The position numbers and the translations under genes are program-made. Under the pieces are notes generated by a model. It searched no databases. It worked only from the letters and a program-made list of their open reading frames with translations, and was not told where the DNA came from. Shown piece after piece: positions 11,986 through 24,810 of a stretch of 64,000 nt of DNA. Source of the stretch: Camelus ferus (Eukaryota); the NCBI RefSeq assembly GCF_009834535.1, contig NC_045697.1:108068001-108132000 (forward strand), given 5' to 3'. The stretch's first letter is position 1. Each line of letters starts with the position of its first letter.

Positions 11986-14017
11986 GGCTTGAATGTGTTG
12001 GGTTTTTGTTTGGTCCTCCTCATTTGACTGCAAACCCATGAAGCAAGCCAATCATATCTGTGGGGCCAAACACGAAAAGGTTTGCTGAATGAATGAGTGG
12101 GATTCCACAAATCAAAGATTTGCCTCCTGGATGCGCCATGGCTCGGAATTTCCCACGAATGGGCTGAACCTGTTACGCAAAGAGAGGGAGGAGGGGATTC
12201 CAACGATCATGTGCCCATAAGAGAGAGCCTTACTCAGGTTTTCTTGCTGGACTGTGAGGGAAATTGATTTAAGAAATCCTCCTTTGTGCCGCAGTGCTTT
12301 CATGGGAAGGATCTGACTTAGAACCCAAATATCCTGCTCTATGCGGCTCCATTCCCTCTTGGGTTTTAAATTTCTTTCTTTTCTTGTCAGTTTCAGATCT
12401 CTTCACATCCCAGGATAGAATGAAAGAGTGGGCATCTGCAGCAGTGTCTTTGGAGAAAATAGATTCTAGATAGAGCCAATAAATCCAGCACAGAGAGTCA
12501 CTCCCTGAAACAAAGAGAATGGCTGGTAGAGGAGGAAAAAAATCCTGCAGAAAACAAACCTTCAAAAACACCGCCAGGAAGTCTGCCCGCCACACTCCTG
12601 GCAGCCCACAGCAGGGCGCTGCTCACCCATTGCCTTGGACTCCTCCTTGAACTCAGCAGGGGTGGGATGCTGGGTGAGAAAAATGACTGGCCATTTCTCT
12701 AACAAGCAGGATGCTGGGGGTCCAGCGTGCAGACACAGAAGGTCCACATCTCAAAGATAAGGCCAATCTCCCCTTGTCTGTTCCAGGCCGAGCAAATCGT
12801 GGGTGTCGGGGGGAGGTGTTGGCTGCCTGAGGCGCTGAGGTTCAGTGTGGCCGCCCCCACCTCCATCGAGGTGGATTTCACCGTCTCTAGTCAGCGCAGA
12901 TTGCCAACACAGGAGTGCCTGCTGCTGAGAAGAGCTTCTCAGTGCCATCTCTATTACTCTAGGGGACCAGGTTCTTCTTCAGATCTGCTTAGTAGAACCC
13001 CCTTTCAAGTTCATCTCTGGTTCTCGTCACATTCTTATTCACTTAGTTCAACATCAGGGGTGATGGGTGAGGGTACAGAAAGGAGGGTATTTACAGATCG
13101 TCACTACTGGTACCACCATTCTTTTCTCCCCACCACGGCCCTCCTCATGTCATCCATGGCCATCCTGCAGCCTCTGTCACTGTCTCCCAACTGCTGTGCG
13201 GTACCGAAGGAGCTAGGCTTGGAGTAACCACTGAGGAGAGAAAGATGCTGCTGTTTTTGCCTATGAGGGCATCCATGGAGGAGACTGCCTGGGAGGAGAG
13301 AGGAGGCAGACATGGTCCACATGATGTAGGAGCTCTGAGTCCTCCGAAGGCCACTGCAGTTCAGGGTCACAGGCACCATCAGCGACTCAGCTTCAGAGCA
13401 GGAACGGCTGTAGGTTTAGCCCCCCAGGTCTTCAAGCCTCACTTTGCAAACAAACCGGTAGCAATCTTATGCATAACAGATCAAGTAGCTGTCTGGATGG
13501 ATTTCAGATGGGGCAGCTCCGATCCAAAAATAATTTCCCTCGGTTTATCTTTAGAGACTGAAATGCCACCATTTGTGGTTTGTTCCTTACAAGTAAGTGG
13601 TTCCTTCCTCCCTAGGTCTCTCATAAGAGGTGAATCTTCCTCAGAAGAAGAACTCAAGCCACACACACAGATTCCAGTAAATGAATGAGTTCTCCATCAA
13701 ATGCCTCAGGCTTGGAGCAGGAACACAAAAGAACAAGGAGAGAATGGGGGTATCTGAGGGAGGCGGGAGCCTGAAACAAGTGGAAAGTAAGAAGAGATGG
13801 GAGGTGGAGGCTGGAGATCTTGGGTAACAGTAACAGGTAGAGGATTACCCAGGCCGTGCAGGGGCACTTCGAACAGTGCAGAGCTGGAGTGCTGCCCCAG
13901 CTTGGCCCCTCAGAGTGGAAGGGATCTGGGGCCCTAGGAGAGAGCAGCAGAGCTTTGCATATACACTGTGCTGATTTCTCAAATCGTTTGGACCTTGACC
14001 TGCATGGGTAGATCTAG

Positions 14018-14538
14018 TGAGACAGGAGGGAAGGGAGGAGGACACAGGAACTAAAAGAATGACACAGCCATTAAGGATAGGACATAAACTGGTTACAGCC
14101 AACTAAGCCCAAGATGGCAGAAGATTCAACTTCCAGTAGACCTGAGCCTCATTATATGCTCATTGTAATGCATTAACTGCTAAAGGACACACCCATAAAA
14201 GGTCCCAGGCTGATGGTAAAAGGCTAAAAAGTTGGGGGGGGGGCAACTCTTAGAAATCCCCTCTCCTTCCCCCAAATAGTTGGACTAATCCTCCCACTTG
14301 TTAGCCTATGAAATTATCCAGCCCATAAAAACTAACAACCTAGTGCCCTGGGGCCTCTTGCCTTCTGAGACAGCCCATACTCTGTCTATGGAGTGTGTAT
14401 CTCCCTGAATAAATCTTTTACTCTACTTCAGCTAATTCTTGAATCCTTTCCTGTGAGAAGCCAAGGACTCTCACATGCTGGGGCATCCCAGGGACTCACC
14501 CAAGATCTGGGACATGACCATGTTGTTTCGCTGCAACA
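14018..14538 (+). mobile_element. ERV1-class solo LTR, MER41-like
   Basis: TG...CA termini; perfect 4-bp TSD ctag (14014-14017 / 14539-14542); AATAAA at 14408; blocks aagatggc, ctcattatatgct...aatgcatta and ctctgtctatggagt shared with MER41. Confidence 0.85.
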
Positions 14539-14568
14539 CTAGCACAGATCCAAGTAACTGTGATCTTT

Positions 14569-15814
14569 TTTCCAACTCTTTTTTTTATTGAAGTATAGTT
14601 GGTTTACAATGTTGTGTCAATTTCTGGTGTACAGCATAATGTTTCAGTCATACATATATGTACATATATTTGTTTTCATGTTTTTTTTCACTATAGGTTA
14701 CTACAAGATATTGAATATAGTTCCCTATGCTACACAGTATAAACTTGTTGTTTATCTATTTTATATATAGTAGTTAGTCTGCAGATTTCAAAATCCCAAT
14801 TTATCCCTTTCCACTCCCTTTACCCATGGTAACCATAGTTTGTTCTCTGTGTCTGTGGATTTGTTTCTGTTTTGTAAATAAGTTCATTTGTGTCTTTTTT
14901 TTTTTTTAGATCCCACATATAAGTCATATCATATAGTTTTCTTCTTTCTCTTCCTGCCTAACTTCACTTAGAATGATGATTTCCAGGTCCATCCATGTTG
15001 CTGCAAATGGTATTATTTCATTCTTTTTATGGCTGAGTAGTATTCCATTGCATAAATATAACACAACTTCTTTATCTAGTCATCTGTAGATGGATATTAA
15101 GTTGTTTCCATATCTTGGCTATTGTATATAGTGCTGCTGTGAACATTTGGGTGCATGTGTCTTTTTGAATTATATTTTTCTTCATATAGTTGGCCAGGAG
15201 TGGGATTGCTGGATCACTTGGTAAGTTTATTTTTAGTTTTTTAAGGAACCTCCATATTGTCCTCCATGGTGGTTACACCAATTTACTTTCCCATCAGCAT
15301 TGTAGGAGGGTTCCCGCTTCTCCACACCCTCTCCAGCATTTATTATTTGTAGACTCCTTAATGATGGTAATTCTGACTGGTATGAGGTGATACCTCATTG
15401 TAGTTTTGATTTGCATTTCTCTAACAATTAGTGATGTTGAGCATATTTTCATGTGCCTCTTGGCCATCTAGATGTCTTCTCTGGAGAGATGTTTATTTAG
15501 GTCTTCTGCCCATTTTTTGATTGGGTTGCTTATTTTTTGATATTAAGCTGTATGAGCTGGTTGTATATTTTGGAAATTAGTCCCTTGTCAGAAGCATCAT
15601 TTGCAAATATTTTCTCCCATTCTGTAGGTTGTCTTTTCATTTTGTTGATGGTGTCCTTATCTGTGCAAAAACTTTTAAGTTTAATTAGGTCCCATTTGTT
15701 TTTGCTTTTATTTTCATTACTCTAGGAGCTGGTTTGAAAAAAATATTGCTGTGATTTATGTCAAAAGGTATCCTGCCTAAGTTTTCCTCTAGGAGTTTCA
15801 TATTATCTGGTCTT
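14569..15814 (-). mobile_element. 5'-truncated L1 (ORF2 C-terminal part and 3' UTR)
   Basis: T-rich tail then attgaagtatagttggtttacaatgttgtg; antisense ORF2 sequence (gtgatacctcattgtagttttgatttgcatttctct); degenerate TSD tccaagtaactgtgatcttt (14549-14568) / tccagtaactgatcttt (15815-15831). Confidence 0.93.
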
Positions 15815-17645
15815 TCCAGTAACTGATCTTTAGCAGTAAGAGCTGGTACTGGGAGCTAGTGATACTGTCCATCTACCTGGAAAACAGAGCACAGGAAAGA
15901 CACAGTAAGGGAGGGAGCAGCAGGGGCTCTACGGTTCCAGCCTGGCCAGGGACTCTTCTGCTCAGCTGGCCGTCATTCCCAAATGCACATCCAGGTCCCC
16001 GTTTGCCAGCAATCACAAGTTCAGAGAGCCGAGAGAGCCACGTGCCTCCACAACTCAGCCTGCCTCACCCGCCATCTGCTCGTCTGAATGGGCAACCCTC
16101 GCAGGGAGGCCTCTTGGCTGGAAACCAGGGCCTGATTCTCCCTCTGTGGCTGCAGAGTGCATGCAGAGGGTGCTAGCGCTGGCCCTGAATCATAATCTGG
16201 GGCAGCAGATGTTGTCTGCTAATTCTGGGCAGGGTACAGACATGGCCAAGGAAGCCGGGGTCCAGCCACCTCTGGGCTCTCTGAGAGGCCCTGAGCTTGC
16301 TGCCAGGTGCAAGGTCAGTTGGGTCTGATGGTTGGAGCTATAATCCCTGAGCGCAGTCTGCTGCTCTATGTAGAGGCCATTGAATGCGGTGTTTTCCTGT
16401 ATTCATATGGTAAGTTTAAAGTCAGCATTCTGCTGGGGTGAAAAATAAACAACTCCATTTTCCGGAATAATTCCCTGCCTTGACCTATCACCACTATACC
16501 TTAATTATTTGTGATACATCCAAAAGGAGTGGGAATCAAGCGACAGGCCAATCAGCAACTTCCTCCATCATCATCAGACCTAGGGGGGCAGCACACTACT
16601 GTGCAGTGACAGGCAGACAGCTACCCGATACCACGAGCCAATAAATGCAGAACCCAGACTTTCCTCCACTCCGTCTCCCCTCCCCAGCTCAGCACCCCAT
16701 GCATAGCAAGTACTCGTTAATGAGTTCATCACTGGGGTCAGCTCTGAGCAGGGCTGACTTCTCAAGCCCCAGTCCCAGGAAAAGCAGGAGGGATTTTTCC
16801 ACTCACTGACCTCAGATGAACATTTGATAAACTGTTGATTCCTTTGGTTATTTATGAGTTATGACACGCATATAAATGAGCGTATATTTATGAGCTGATA
16901 GTTGGTACTAATATTACATTTTTATCTCTAAAAAACATGCATTTCATTCTACAGGCAGCTAACCTGGGTTAAAAATGAGGTCTGGAATGCTGTTCGAACT
17001 TGTTTTCCTAAATGCCTTTCTGCCCCATGGAAGAACACTTCTTCCGACCACAGGCTCTCGTTTTGCCAAGCTCATCAAACCATCTCCCTTTATGGGGGTA
17101 GGAGGAACGGAGGCCCAGAGCAGCAGGCACCGCGTGCATTGTCACCCAGCATGAGATGGTGAGGAGAACCCGTCTCCAGGATTCCCTGCCATCCAGGGGC
17201 ACTCTCTCTCTGCTTTGCTCCAAAGGACTGGTGTTTCTAAGAGCCTCCCAAGCCAGAGAAGGATTTTTTGTCATTCTCTTTAGAGCATGCTGTAATAAAC
17301 AATCTGCATTCACTCTTCTCTGCAATTCCACATGGAAATTACCAGCCATCCTGTGTTATTCTGTAGCTGTATCATGCTGGCTTCTTATTATATTGAAATG
17401 TTTCCATTAAGTATATTGGACTCGTAAAGTATTTATTTTAAACAGGCCTCTAGGAGATGAGATAGTTCCTAGATTAGGTCAGACTTTTAAAATTAGGACA
17501 AAGATCCCAGGTAAACCTGCGAAGCAGGGCAGCAAGCTTGGTGTGCAGGTGCAGAAACTTATTACCACGTGTCAATAGATTCATGAGTACACTAGCCACT
17601 GATTATAGACTAAATGAGTAATATTTCTAATACAAATATCTCCTC

Positions 17646-18030
17646 GGGTCCACAAGTATGTATTTCACACCTTTGGGGCCAAATGTGTTTTGGAAGTCAG
17701 ACATTTCACGTTTTAGAAGTCAGGAAACAGGATGTATCTACCATGTATTTATACCATTCCCAGCCAAGTCTGGGCAGTACCCTATAACCAAGCACTTTCA
17801 TAGGTCTGCAATTAAATATGGAAATGTTCACTACTAACGGGATAAAGAAAGACTATAAATAGCTTCATAGTTCAGTTGGGGTTTTTTTTTTGCCTCCAAA
17901 ATTAGTTTGTCACAAACTTACCAAAAAAAAAAAAAAAAAAAAAAACAAACAAAAAAAACCAAACCCCAAACCAACCCTATTTTTATTGTTTTAAGAAGTT
18001 CAGGATTATGGATAAAGGGACTGTAGATCT
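17646..18030. mobile_element. TcMar-Tigger-type MITE (MamRep434-like) with internal A-rich expansion
   Basis: Inverted ends ggtccacaa... / ...ggataaagggactgtagatc; internal gggataaagaaagactataaatagc. Confidence 0.6.
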
Positions 18031-18392
18031 TTCTTAATTTAAATATATGAATATACTAATCAATAAGATCATTTTATTAAACAAGTTTCAGTATTTAATG
18101 TACCCTTCTACCATTATATACTTTTCAATCAATGGCTAGATACAAAAATGACCACAAATATCATGTCAAAATCCACAAAATTTTAAGGGCTCCTGACTGT
18201 CCTTGGTGGAGTCCACTCCCAACTTGGCCCTGGAGCCCACACTGCATGGGACCACCTTCCTCCCCAGGGCACAGCCACGCCTGAGGGGTCGGAGGACCAG
18301 CTAGGACCTAACGCAGGACCTGGTTAGGAAAGGCTTTATCCCTTAGGGTAGGGATTCCAATCTTATTAAGTAGAAGGACTGCTTTTTAATTG

Positions 18393-18650
18393 TAGAAGCT
18401 CCGGAGCTAGATGTCTGGGCCAACATCCTTGTGCTGCTGTTTACCTCTTGGGAGACCTCAGACGAGTCATTTTCCCTCTTTGTACTTCAGCATCCTCCTC
18501 TGTTACGAGTGGGAGTAATAGTAGCTCTTATCTCATAGGAATAATGTGAGGACTAAACAAGTGAATTCAAGCAACTCTTAGAGGAGTACCAGGCGCATGG
18601 TAACCTCTCCATACACGTTAGCTATTATTATTACTATTATTATCATTATC
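18393..18650 (+). mobile_element. MIR SINE, near full length
   Basis: ggagctagatgtctggg...ctcataggaataatgtgagga...gttagctattattatt tail. Confidence 0.8.
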
Positions 18651-18671
18651 ACTGTTAGCTGGCATGTCTAC

Positions 18672-18980
18672 TGTGGGCAGAATAGCACCGCCCCCTCAAA
18701 GATGTCCACACCCTAATCTCCATACCCTATGACAGAATGTACTGGAAAGTACCCCAGAATAGGAGCTGGTAGATGTGATTAAGTTTGGGACCTTTAGATG
18801 AAGAGATTATTTTGGATTACCCAAGTGTTCCCAGCCTAATCACATGAATCCTTAGAATGGGAAAACCTTTCCTGGCTGCAGTAAGAAAACCAGGTGCGAT
18901 GTGACAACTGAAGCAGAGGCAGAGAGGAGTTACATCGCTGGCTTTGAAGATGAAGGAAGGGGCCACCAGCAAAATGTGGG
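18672..18980 (+). mobile_element. MaLR LTR (MLT1D-like), 5' part
   Basis: tgtgggcagaatag...aaagatgtccacaccctaatc...gctggctttgaagatgaaggaagggggcca. Confidence 0.8.
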
Positions 18981-19012
18981 AGATTCACAGAATTAAAGAT
19001 GATTGTGCCACC

Positions 19013-19225
19013 CAAGGAATGAAGTTCTGACACCTGCTCCAAGATGGATGAACCCTGAAAGCATGCTATGTGAAAGAAGACAAACACAAAAGGATACATG
19101 TTGTAAGATTCCACATGCATGAAATGTCTAGAATAGAGACTGAAAGGAAATTGGTGGTTGCAAGGGGCTGGTATGAGGAGAGAATGGGGAGAGACTGCTC
19201 AAAGAGTAGGGGATGTTCTCTTGAG
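19013..19225 (+). mobile_element. L1MB-type 3' fragment
   Basis: aaggaatgaagttctga...atggatgaaccctgaaagcatgctatgtgaaagaagac...gtggttgcaaggggctgg. Confidence 0.8.
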
Positions 19226-20760
19226 AGGTGGGTAGGGAGAGAGATGGAAGGGAGAGAGAAAGAGAGAGAGAGGGAGAGATATTTACTAGCACTACACAAA
19301 AAAGCAAAGAGGAACAACTTTGTGCTACAAGCATCACGAAGTGAGAACCACAAAAAGAAACAGAGGATGCTATTGGAGCTGAGCTGAGTGGGGCTTCTAA
19401 TCCCACATCACCCACCCCCAAGGCCCCAAAGCCATGGAGAGGAGAGATGGCCTATTAATGAAATCCTGAGGACTCCCATTACTATGCTCCAGCTTCAAGA
19501 GAACCAGGTTGAGGGGAGGGGGAGTGAGTAAGCAACTCCAGGAAAATGCCAGGAAAAGTCCTTGAGAGAAGAGTCCCCAGTGCTGACCTTGGGGCTTTGT
19601 CTGAGGCAGGAAGGGCTTCCAGGTCAGTGCGTTGAACTGCAGGAACAAGCTGAAGCCCAGAGGAGTGCCCTACACCCTTGGTTAGATGGACCAGGCTCCT
19701 GTTAAAGATAGTTAGCTGCATCTAAGAAAGAAGTGAAACTTTGGGCCCCAAACAAGGACCCCACCCAGACACAGCTGAATTGTGCCCCTTCCTCATCCCC
19801 ACATCATTAAGCTACAGAAAGGGGGCTTGAAAATAACATCCAGTCCTCAAGCTGCAGATCTGAGCAAAGATAAAAGGTTCTATATAAGGCAGGAAGGATG
19901 TCAAGGAAAATTCATCTGCACTGTATTTATTGAAGCAATAGACAGTCAGAATTGCTCATATTAGGCATAAATAAGATAAAAAGAAATGGCATAGTCACTG
20001 TAAAAACACACAAAAGGGAAAAATACACATTAAGGATAGGTGAACAATCCTGTCTGGAAGAACTCAAAAGCAAAATAGCAAAAATGTTTCCTTGTAAGCA
20101 CATAGCACTGTACAAGAATGTAATAAAAACATGGATTAAATAAAAGATCAAAATAACATGACAAAAACACAAAATGAGATGGAATGAGATACTGAAGAGC
20201 TAAAGGGACAAAATAAAATTTCAAGTAACTCTTAGAAAAAGATAGTACAAGTAGCTAAAAATCATATTAATGATAAGACTTGAAATAATCACAGCAAGTG
20301 CAGAGGAAAAAATGAAAAGATGAGTATAAAGATCTTTGATATCATTGACAAGAACCCAACAAGTGAAACAGAAAAAAATATGGAAAGACATAATACAGGA
20401 AAATTTTCATGAATTGAGGGAGGAACTGAATCAGCCCTCTGAAAGTTCAGTGCATGCTACTCAAAACTGATACAGAATGAACAGCATTGAGACATAAAAT
20501 GATAAATCTATTCAACTTCAAAGATAAAGCATTCTTCAGGCATACAGCAGAAAAAGCAGAAGGGGGAAATAACCAGGGGCTTCAGCCTTCTCTCCATAGT
20601 TTCCAATGCCAGAGAACAGTAGGGCAATGTCCACAGAGGAAAAGAATTGTGAGCTAGAATATTTCTATCCAGTCAAATTATCATTTATGCTTAAAAGCAA
20701 CAAGGAGAGCATCCTAAAGCATGACAGAGCTCAGGGAATAAAGCATCAATAAACCTTCTT

Positions 20761-21927
20761 TTAAAAAAATTTTATTATCTTTTCATTTTCATATTCTTTT
20801 TCATCATAGATTACTAGAAGATATTGAATATAGTTCCCTGCACTATACAGCATAAACTTGTTGTTTATCTATTTTGTATATAGTAGTTATATGTATATAT
20901 AGTATCTGCAAATCTCAAAACTTTCAATTTATCCCCTCCCACTCCCTTCCCCCCGGTAACTGTAAGTTTGTTTTCTGTATCTGTGAGTCTATTTCTGTTT
21001 TATGCATAAGTTCACTTGTGCCTTTTTTTTTAGATTCCACATATAAATGATATCATATGGTATTTTTCTTTCTCTTTCTGGTGTACTTCACTTAGAATGA
21101 CAGTTCATCCACATTGCTGCAAATGGAATTACTTTATTCTTTTTTATAGCTGAATAGTATTCCATTGTATTAATATACCACAGCTTCTTTATCATTCATC
21201 TGTCAATGGACATTTAGGCTATTTCCATGCCTTAGTAAATAGTGTTGCTATGAACACTGGGGTGCATGTGTCTTTTTTTTGAATTAGAGTTCCTTCTGGA
21301 CATATGCCCGGGAGTGGGATTGCTGGATCATACGGTAAGTCTATTTTTAGTCTTTTGAAGACTCTCCATACTATTTTCTATAATGGCTGCACCAAACTAT
21401 ATTCCCAACAATGTAGGAGGGTTCCCTTTTCTCCACAGCCTCTCCAGCATTTATCATTTGTGGACTTTTGAATGATGGCCATTCTGACTGGTGTGAGGTG
21501 ATACCTCATTATAGTTTTGATTTACATTTCTCTGATAATTAGTAATATTGAGTACTTTTTCATGTGCCTATTGGCCATTCATATGTCTTCATTGGAGAAT
21601 TGCTTGTTTAGGTATGCCATTTTTGGATTGGGTTGTTCGGTTTTCTTCTGTTGTTGTTAAGTTGTGTGAGCTGTTTATATATTCTGGAAATAAAGCCCTT
21701 TTCAGTCTCATCTTTTGCACGTATGTTCTACCATTCTGCAGGTTGTGTTTTGTTTTGCTTTTGGTTTCCTTTACTTTGCAAAAGCTTGTAAGTTTAATTA
21801 GGTCCCATTTGTTTATTTTTGCTTTTATTTCTATTGCCTGGGTAGACTGCCCTAGGAGAACATTGCTAAGATTTATGTCAGGTAACCTTTTGTCTATGTT
21901 TTCTTCTAAGAAGTTTATAGTGTCTTG
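20761..21927 (-). mobile_element. 5'-truncated L1 inserted in HAL1
   Basis: Antisense L1 3' UTR and ORF2; perfect 15-bp TSD tcaataaaccttctt (20746-20760 / 21928-21942). Confidence 0.95.
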
Positions 21928-21960
21928 TCAATAAACCTTCTTGAAGAACGCCCTACAAGA

Positions 21961-22190
21961 CACAGACTCTGAAGCCAGACCACCTGGGTTTGAATCCTGG
22001 CTTGGCCACTTACTGCTTGTACTGTTTGGGCAAGCTACTTTTTGTGCCTCAGTTTCCTCATGTGTAAAGTGTGGATAATAATAGCCACCATTTGATTGGA
22101 TTGTTTCTGCGGATTTAATGAATCAACATATATACCGTGCTTGGAATACTGCCTGATGCATAGTAAAAGCTACATATACCATGTTTGCTA
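21961..22190 (+). mobile_element. MIR SINE
   Basis: cagactctgaagccagaccacctgggtttgaatcctggc...tgtgcctcagtttcctcat. Confidence 0.85.
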
Positions 22191-23439
22191 TAATCAATGT
22201 TATGTATCATTGAGATGAAGAATAGCAAAATAACCACTGGTGAGGATTGAATTTGAATTTAAATACAGAGCCAAGATTAAACAAAAACAGCAACACCTGA
22301 GGGAAGAAAGGCTACAGAACAGGGTGTAAATATACAAGTCTTGACTAAGCGAACAAAATAAAAACTTCTCAAAAATCTGGAGGTGGGATGAGGAAAGACA
22401 GGAGGAAGTCTTAGTATGCTGGCCACTTAACCGTTTCTAGCAAAATCTTTCCATCCGGACTGTCTAAAATGGAAAAAGTTAGTTAATGACATTCATGGTC
22501 TTTATTCTTATCCTTAGAGCAATCTCTTATGAATGAGGAAAGACCTATGAATTTCAGCCTTTCTTTTATTTTCACTTCAGTTTCTTTTGCCTTCTATTAA
22601 ATTCATGTAGAATTAATTGTTTTATTTTTAAAGGAACTATAACATGACTCCATTATTATGAGATGGTGCTTGTCCATCAGCCATTCCTCTATCTGAGTCT
22701 AGCTGGTCTACAGAGATGTCTTGAGCTGATGTTTGGTACATATTAACATTAGTTATTGTTGGGTAATAGAACTTGAAGAATGCATTGTATTTCTGATACA
22801 TTTCTTGGATTTTTATAATATGAATGTAGAAAGCCAGTGAAGTTATGGTTTTAAAGTACATCAATTAAACAACCAACTACATAAATGAATCAAACATTTC
22901 ACAACCCTGTAAGGAATGACTCATGTCTGTTCAAACACATTTCGTTCTTGAGAGATTCTATGTATAATCAAAATGAATCTTTTCATATTTTGTCAACTAT
23001 CTTCCACTCTATTACTTAAGCATTAGGGAACAGTTTTGTCTTGTCAACACCCAGCTGGAAATAAAAGTTTGTATGTGATGAAAAATTAGTGGCTGTGGGT
23101 TGTGGGGTGATTCATAGGAACATGATTTCTCATGTCAGTGAGAAATGATCTCCACCAAGTAGGCTGGGCTTTCCTACAATGTCGAGCAAGGAGGTAGGGC
23201 TTATGGGAGGGAGCCATGGGCAACTGCTTATTTCTCTGCCACTCACACAACTATGATCATGACACTCTCCTTTGACTAAAGATAATGCTGTTGACCTGCA
23301 AAGGACCTGCCGTAGAGCCTGGGGTCTTGTGTTCAGTAGTTGGCTGGTCCTCTGAGCTGCAAAGGCCATGTTTGCTGTTTCTCCCCTTCACTCCCATTGC
23401 AACTTGATTGCTCCTACTTACGCTTTATGGAAATAGTTG

Positions 23440-23582
23440 ACCTGTCCCCCACAAGGCTGTGAGCTCCTTGAGGGCAGAAACCGTGTCTTGTTCCCTCCTC
23501 CGCTCTAGCTCCTGTGCCTGGCAGAGCCTGTCTTGGGGTGGGTGCTTGGTGACTATTTGGTGAATGGATGAATATTGAATGA
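23440..23582 (+). mobile_element. L2 3' end
   Basis: ctgtgagctccttgagggcagaaaccgtgtctt...tgaatggatgaat. Confidence 0.75.
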
Positions 23583-24727
23583 GTTATGCATCCTTCTCGC
23601 CCTGCCCCTTCTGTCATCTGATACATACCTGTGTGAGAGCAAATGGTTGAGATAAAGGAATCTGTCTTCTCACAAGATCATGTGAAACTGAAAACCCTGA
23701 ACAGAATCAGCCTAGTTACCAAGTTCACCACTGGATGTAGGCATGGCCCCGCTACTACCTAAATGAATTTCTCTTTTTTTTAGAGGCAAGAAAGGAACCC
23801 AAGAAGGGTTAATTAAAGAGCAATCAGTCTGAAATCATCACACAAGAGACTTCAGAAACCAGTAGAATAACACTTAGCCAGGTATTGTTACCTGGGTACC
23901 AAGGGTACCACCTTGAGGTGTACTTCATGCTGTCCCAATCCTAGAAGCCCTGGGTCTCCCTCAAGACCTTATACCAGCCATGAGGGAGGAACTTAAAGCT
24001 TAATTGCTTGCAGAGTTACTTCAGCAAATAGCAACAGTCATATCAGATAAAGAACTATTTTGATTTCTTTAATTCCATTAGATGTGGATTTGGCCCTTTC
24101 AAAGAACAGGGCTCTTAGGTCCCAGTAGGTCAGATCACAAACCGTCTTGGGTTGAGTGTGGTTGAACTAACCAGAGCAGCTCAGTGAAACAGGGATTTGG
24201 AGGAGAAAAGGGCTTGTGCTCCACGTTAGGACGGAGCAAGAGATGCAGCAAATGAGATCAACACCCAGGAGATGCCCCGAAATTGAGCAGTACCCCCAAG
24301 AGTGCTAGTTCTCTGTGGCCTTCAGACAGCACTTTCTTCACAATATTTAGACCACAATGCAGACAGTATTTTCCGGTAAATGGCAATAGATTAAAAAAAA
24401 AAAGAGGGGGGTGTGGTACAGAAAGAAAAGGAACTCCAGAGAAATTACGAAAAATTTCTCAGGCCTTACAGGCCCTCAGGGTTAGAGCTCTGCGGAACCT
24501 CAAAGCCCAAATGGGCTCCACTCTGCTGAGCTGACAACGCCGGGCAGGACACCTTCTTCCTTCCACCTTCATCCAGGCCCGCATTCCCCGCCACCTGTCT
24601 CCCAGGGCCAATGGCATTTACTTCAAAAGTGTTTCTGATTCAATTTCTCCCTGCAGTGAATGGCCCAGGGAGACTTACCCCTCATTTTAGTTAGGCTGCT
24701 TAGAATCCCATCAGCTTATCAGCATTA

Positions 24728-24810
24728 GAAAAAAAAAAAAAAAAAAAAGAAAGAAAGAAAAGAAAAAAGAAAGAATAAAAAGGAAAGAAGAAAAGAAAAG
24801 AAAAGAAAAA
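24728..24810. repeat. Poly-A / (GAAA)n / (GAAAA)n purine tract
   Basis: About 80 bp of almost pure A/G sequence. Confidence 0.9.

Larger units (their letters stand above)
19900..22630 (+). mobile_element. HAL1-like element (L1 ORF1-derived), interrupted by L1 and MIR
   Basis: A-rich; decayed ORF1p-like motifs KDIIQENFHELR (~20385-20420) and RI.YPVKLSF (~20655-20690); HAL1-like 3' sequence resumes at ~22200. Confidence 0.7.

Noticed and set aside
12727..13688. ORFs of 166 and 147 aa with an acceptor-like site near 12785 and a donor-like gtaagt near 13592
   Set aside because: No recognisable protein family, non-ATG starts, and overlapping ORFs on both strands as expected by chance.
15190..21934. 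Hydrophobic ORFs 15190-15390, 15537-15725 and 21548-21934
   Set aside because: Antisense frames of L1 ORF2, not genes.
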